From the NCBI RefSeq assembly GCF_902652985.1, contig NC_047031.1, positions 30,070,001 to 30,134,000 on the forward strand: a stretch of DNA of 64,000 bases, written 5' to 3'. Numbering within the stretch: position 1 is the stretch's first letter; each line of letters opens with the position of its first letter. The stretch comes from Pecten maximus (taxonomy: Eukaryota). Of this stretch, positions 63,206 to 64,000 are shown piece after piece. Under the pieces are notes generated by a model. The model was given only the letters and a program-made list of their open reading frames with translations. It was not told where the DNA came from and did not search any database. Made by a program: the position numbers and the translations under genes.

Positions 63206-64000
63206 CCTGGTCTGTATTCTTTGATAAAACATACCGTCGAACATCGTTATCTCAAAGTTAGTGGGTCAATGAAAAAAACTTTTTCGATTTAACCGAGAAC
63301 ATTTTATATAGAATTAGTACAGATGGAACTGTTTACTTCGACTTAAACATGGTCCTCGGATTATTAGAAATCGAAATAACGAGAGTTGCTTTCTTGTAAT
63401 GTGATATACTGTCTTATAAATATCTTATAATCATCTCTTGTTTGAATATTTACTTATTTACGTACATGTATTTTATGTAAATGCAGATGTTGTGATAAGA
63501 ATATGATACGGAAATAAAGAACATTGTACTAGATGTACATTGTATTGCATTTTATCTTTATTTTCCGATTACCGTCTCCAAATGAAATCTGACAAATTAT
63601 TAGAGAAAGAAAACTCAACTTTGAACATAGATCGTACTCAGACATATGTATGATTCAATATTATATAATGTATGTTAACTATAGTTGGCCACCAGTTAAA
63701 AAACCTAAAAACCACACGCTTGTAACTAAAGTGTGGACATTCCATACAGTTGATTATTATCTCAATCTAGTTAAAAATAGACTTGTTATTTCCACTCCTC
63801 TACGATATTCTACTATACACTGCAAAACTTTCAATAGAAATCCAACAAACCTGATATTCTTTATAAATGATAAAAAGGCAACCCACTTTCAGGCACTGAC
63901 CATGTTTGGAAAACTATACAATATATATAAATAAACATAATGATAATAAAGCATTGTACTGTGTAATATTATTTACAAGTTACCAACCGAAATAAAAATG

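Overview
AT-rich eukaryotic genomic DNA with spliceosomal introns, most likely a bivalve mollusc (inferred from the SINE type, CR1 LINE, multi-cysteine-cluster Toll receptor and antistasin-like genes). Host genes: two tandem secreted antistasin-like paralogues (2277-8309, 28965-30520), a single-coding-exon Toll-like receptor (43688-47326) and a two-exon SMB-like/7TM adhesion-type GPCR (52738-55492). Between the antistasin-like genes is a 19.7-kb four-level nest. (1) A tRNA-containing TRIM (Helenus-like) LTR array with TATA TSD. (2) Inside it, the antisense 5' end of a Gypsy element (PBS, SGNH esterase ORF, gag). (3) Inside that, a 15,981-bp P-superfamily DNA transposon (11254-27234; ~604-bp near-identical TIRs, 8-bp TSD ATCTACAC). 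(4) Inside that, a 4.8-kb TA-flanked non-autonomous element. The P-like element is the main candidate novel system. It carries two opposite-strand genes, one nested in the other: a P-type DDE transposase with an RFX-like winged helix instead of THAP and no apparent C-terminal domain, lying in the intron of a spliced ~1047-aa gene. That gene encodes PIF1 helicase + acidic tract + P-transposase-CTD-like segment + SAP-like motif + PHD finger. The remainder holds LINEs, MITEs, SINEs, satellites and an assembly gap. All calls were made by eye; no searches were run.
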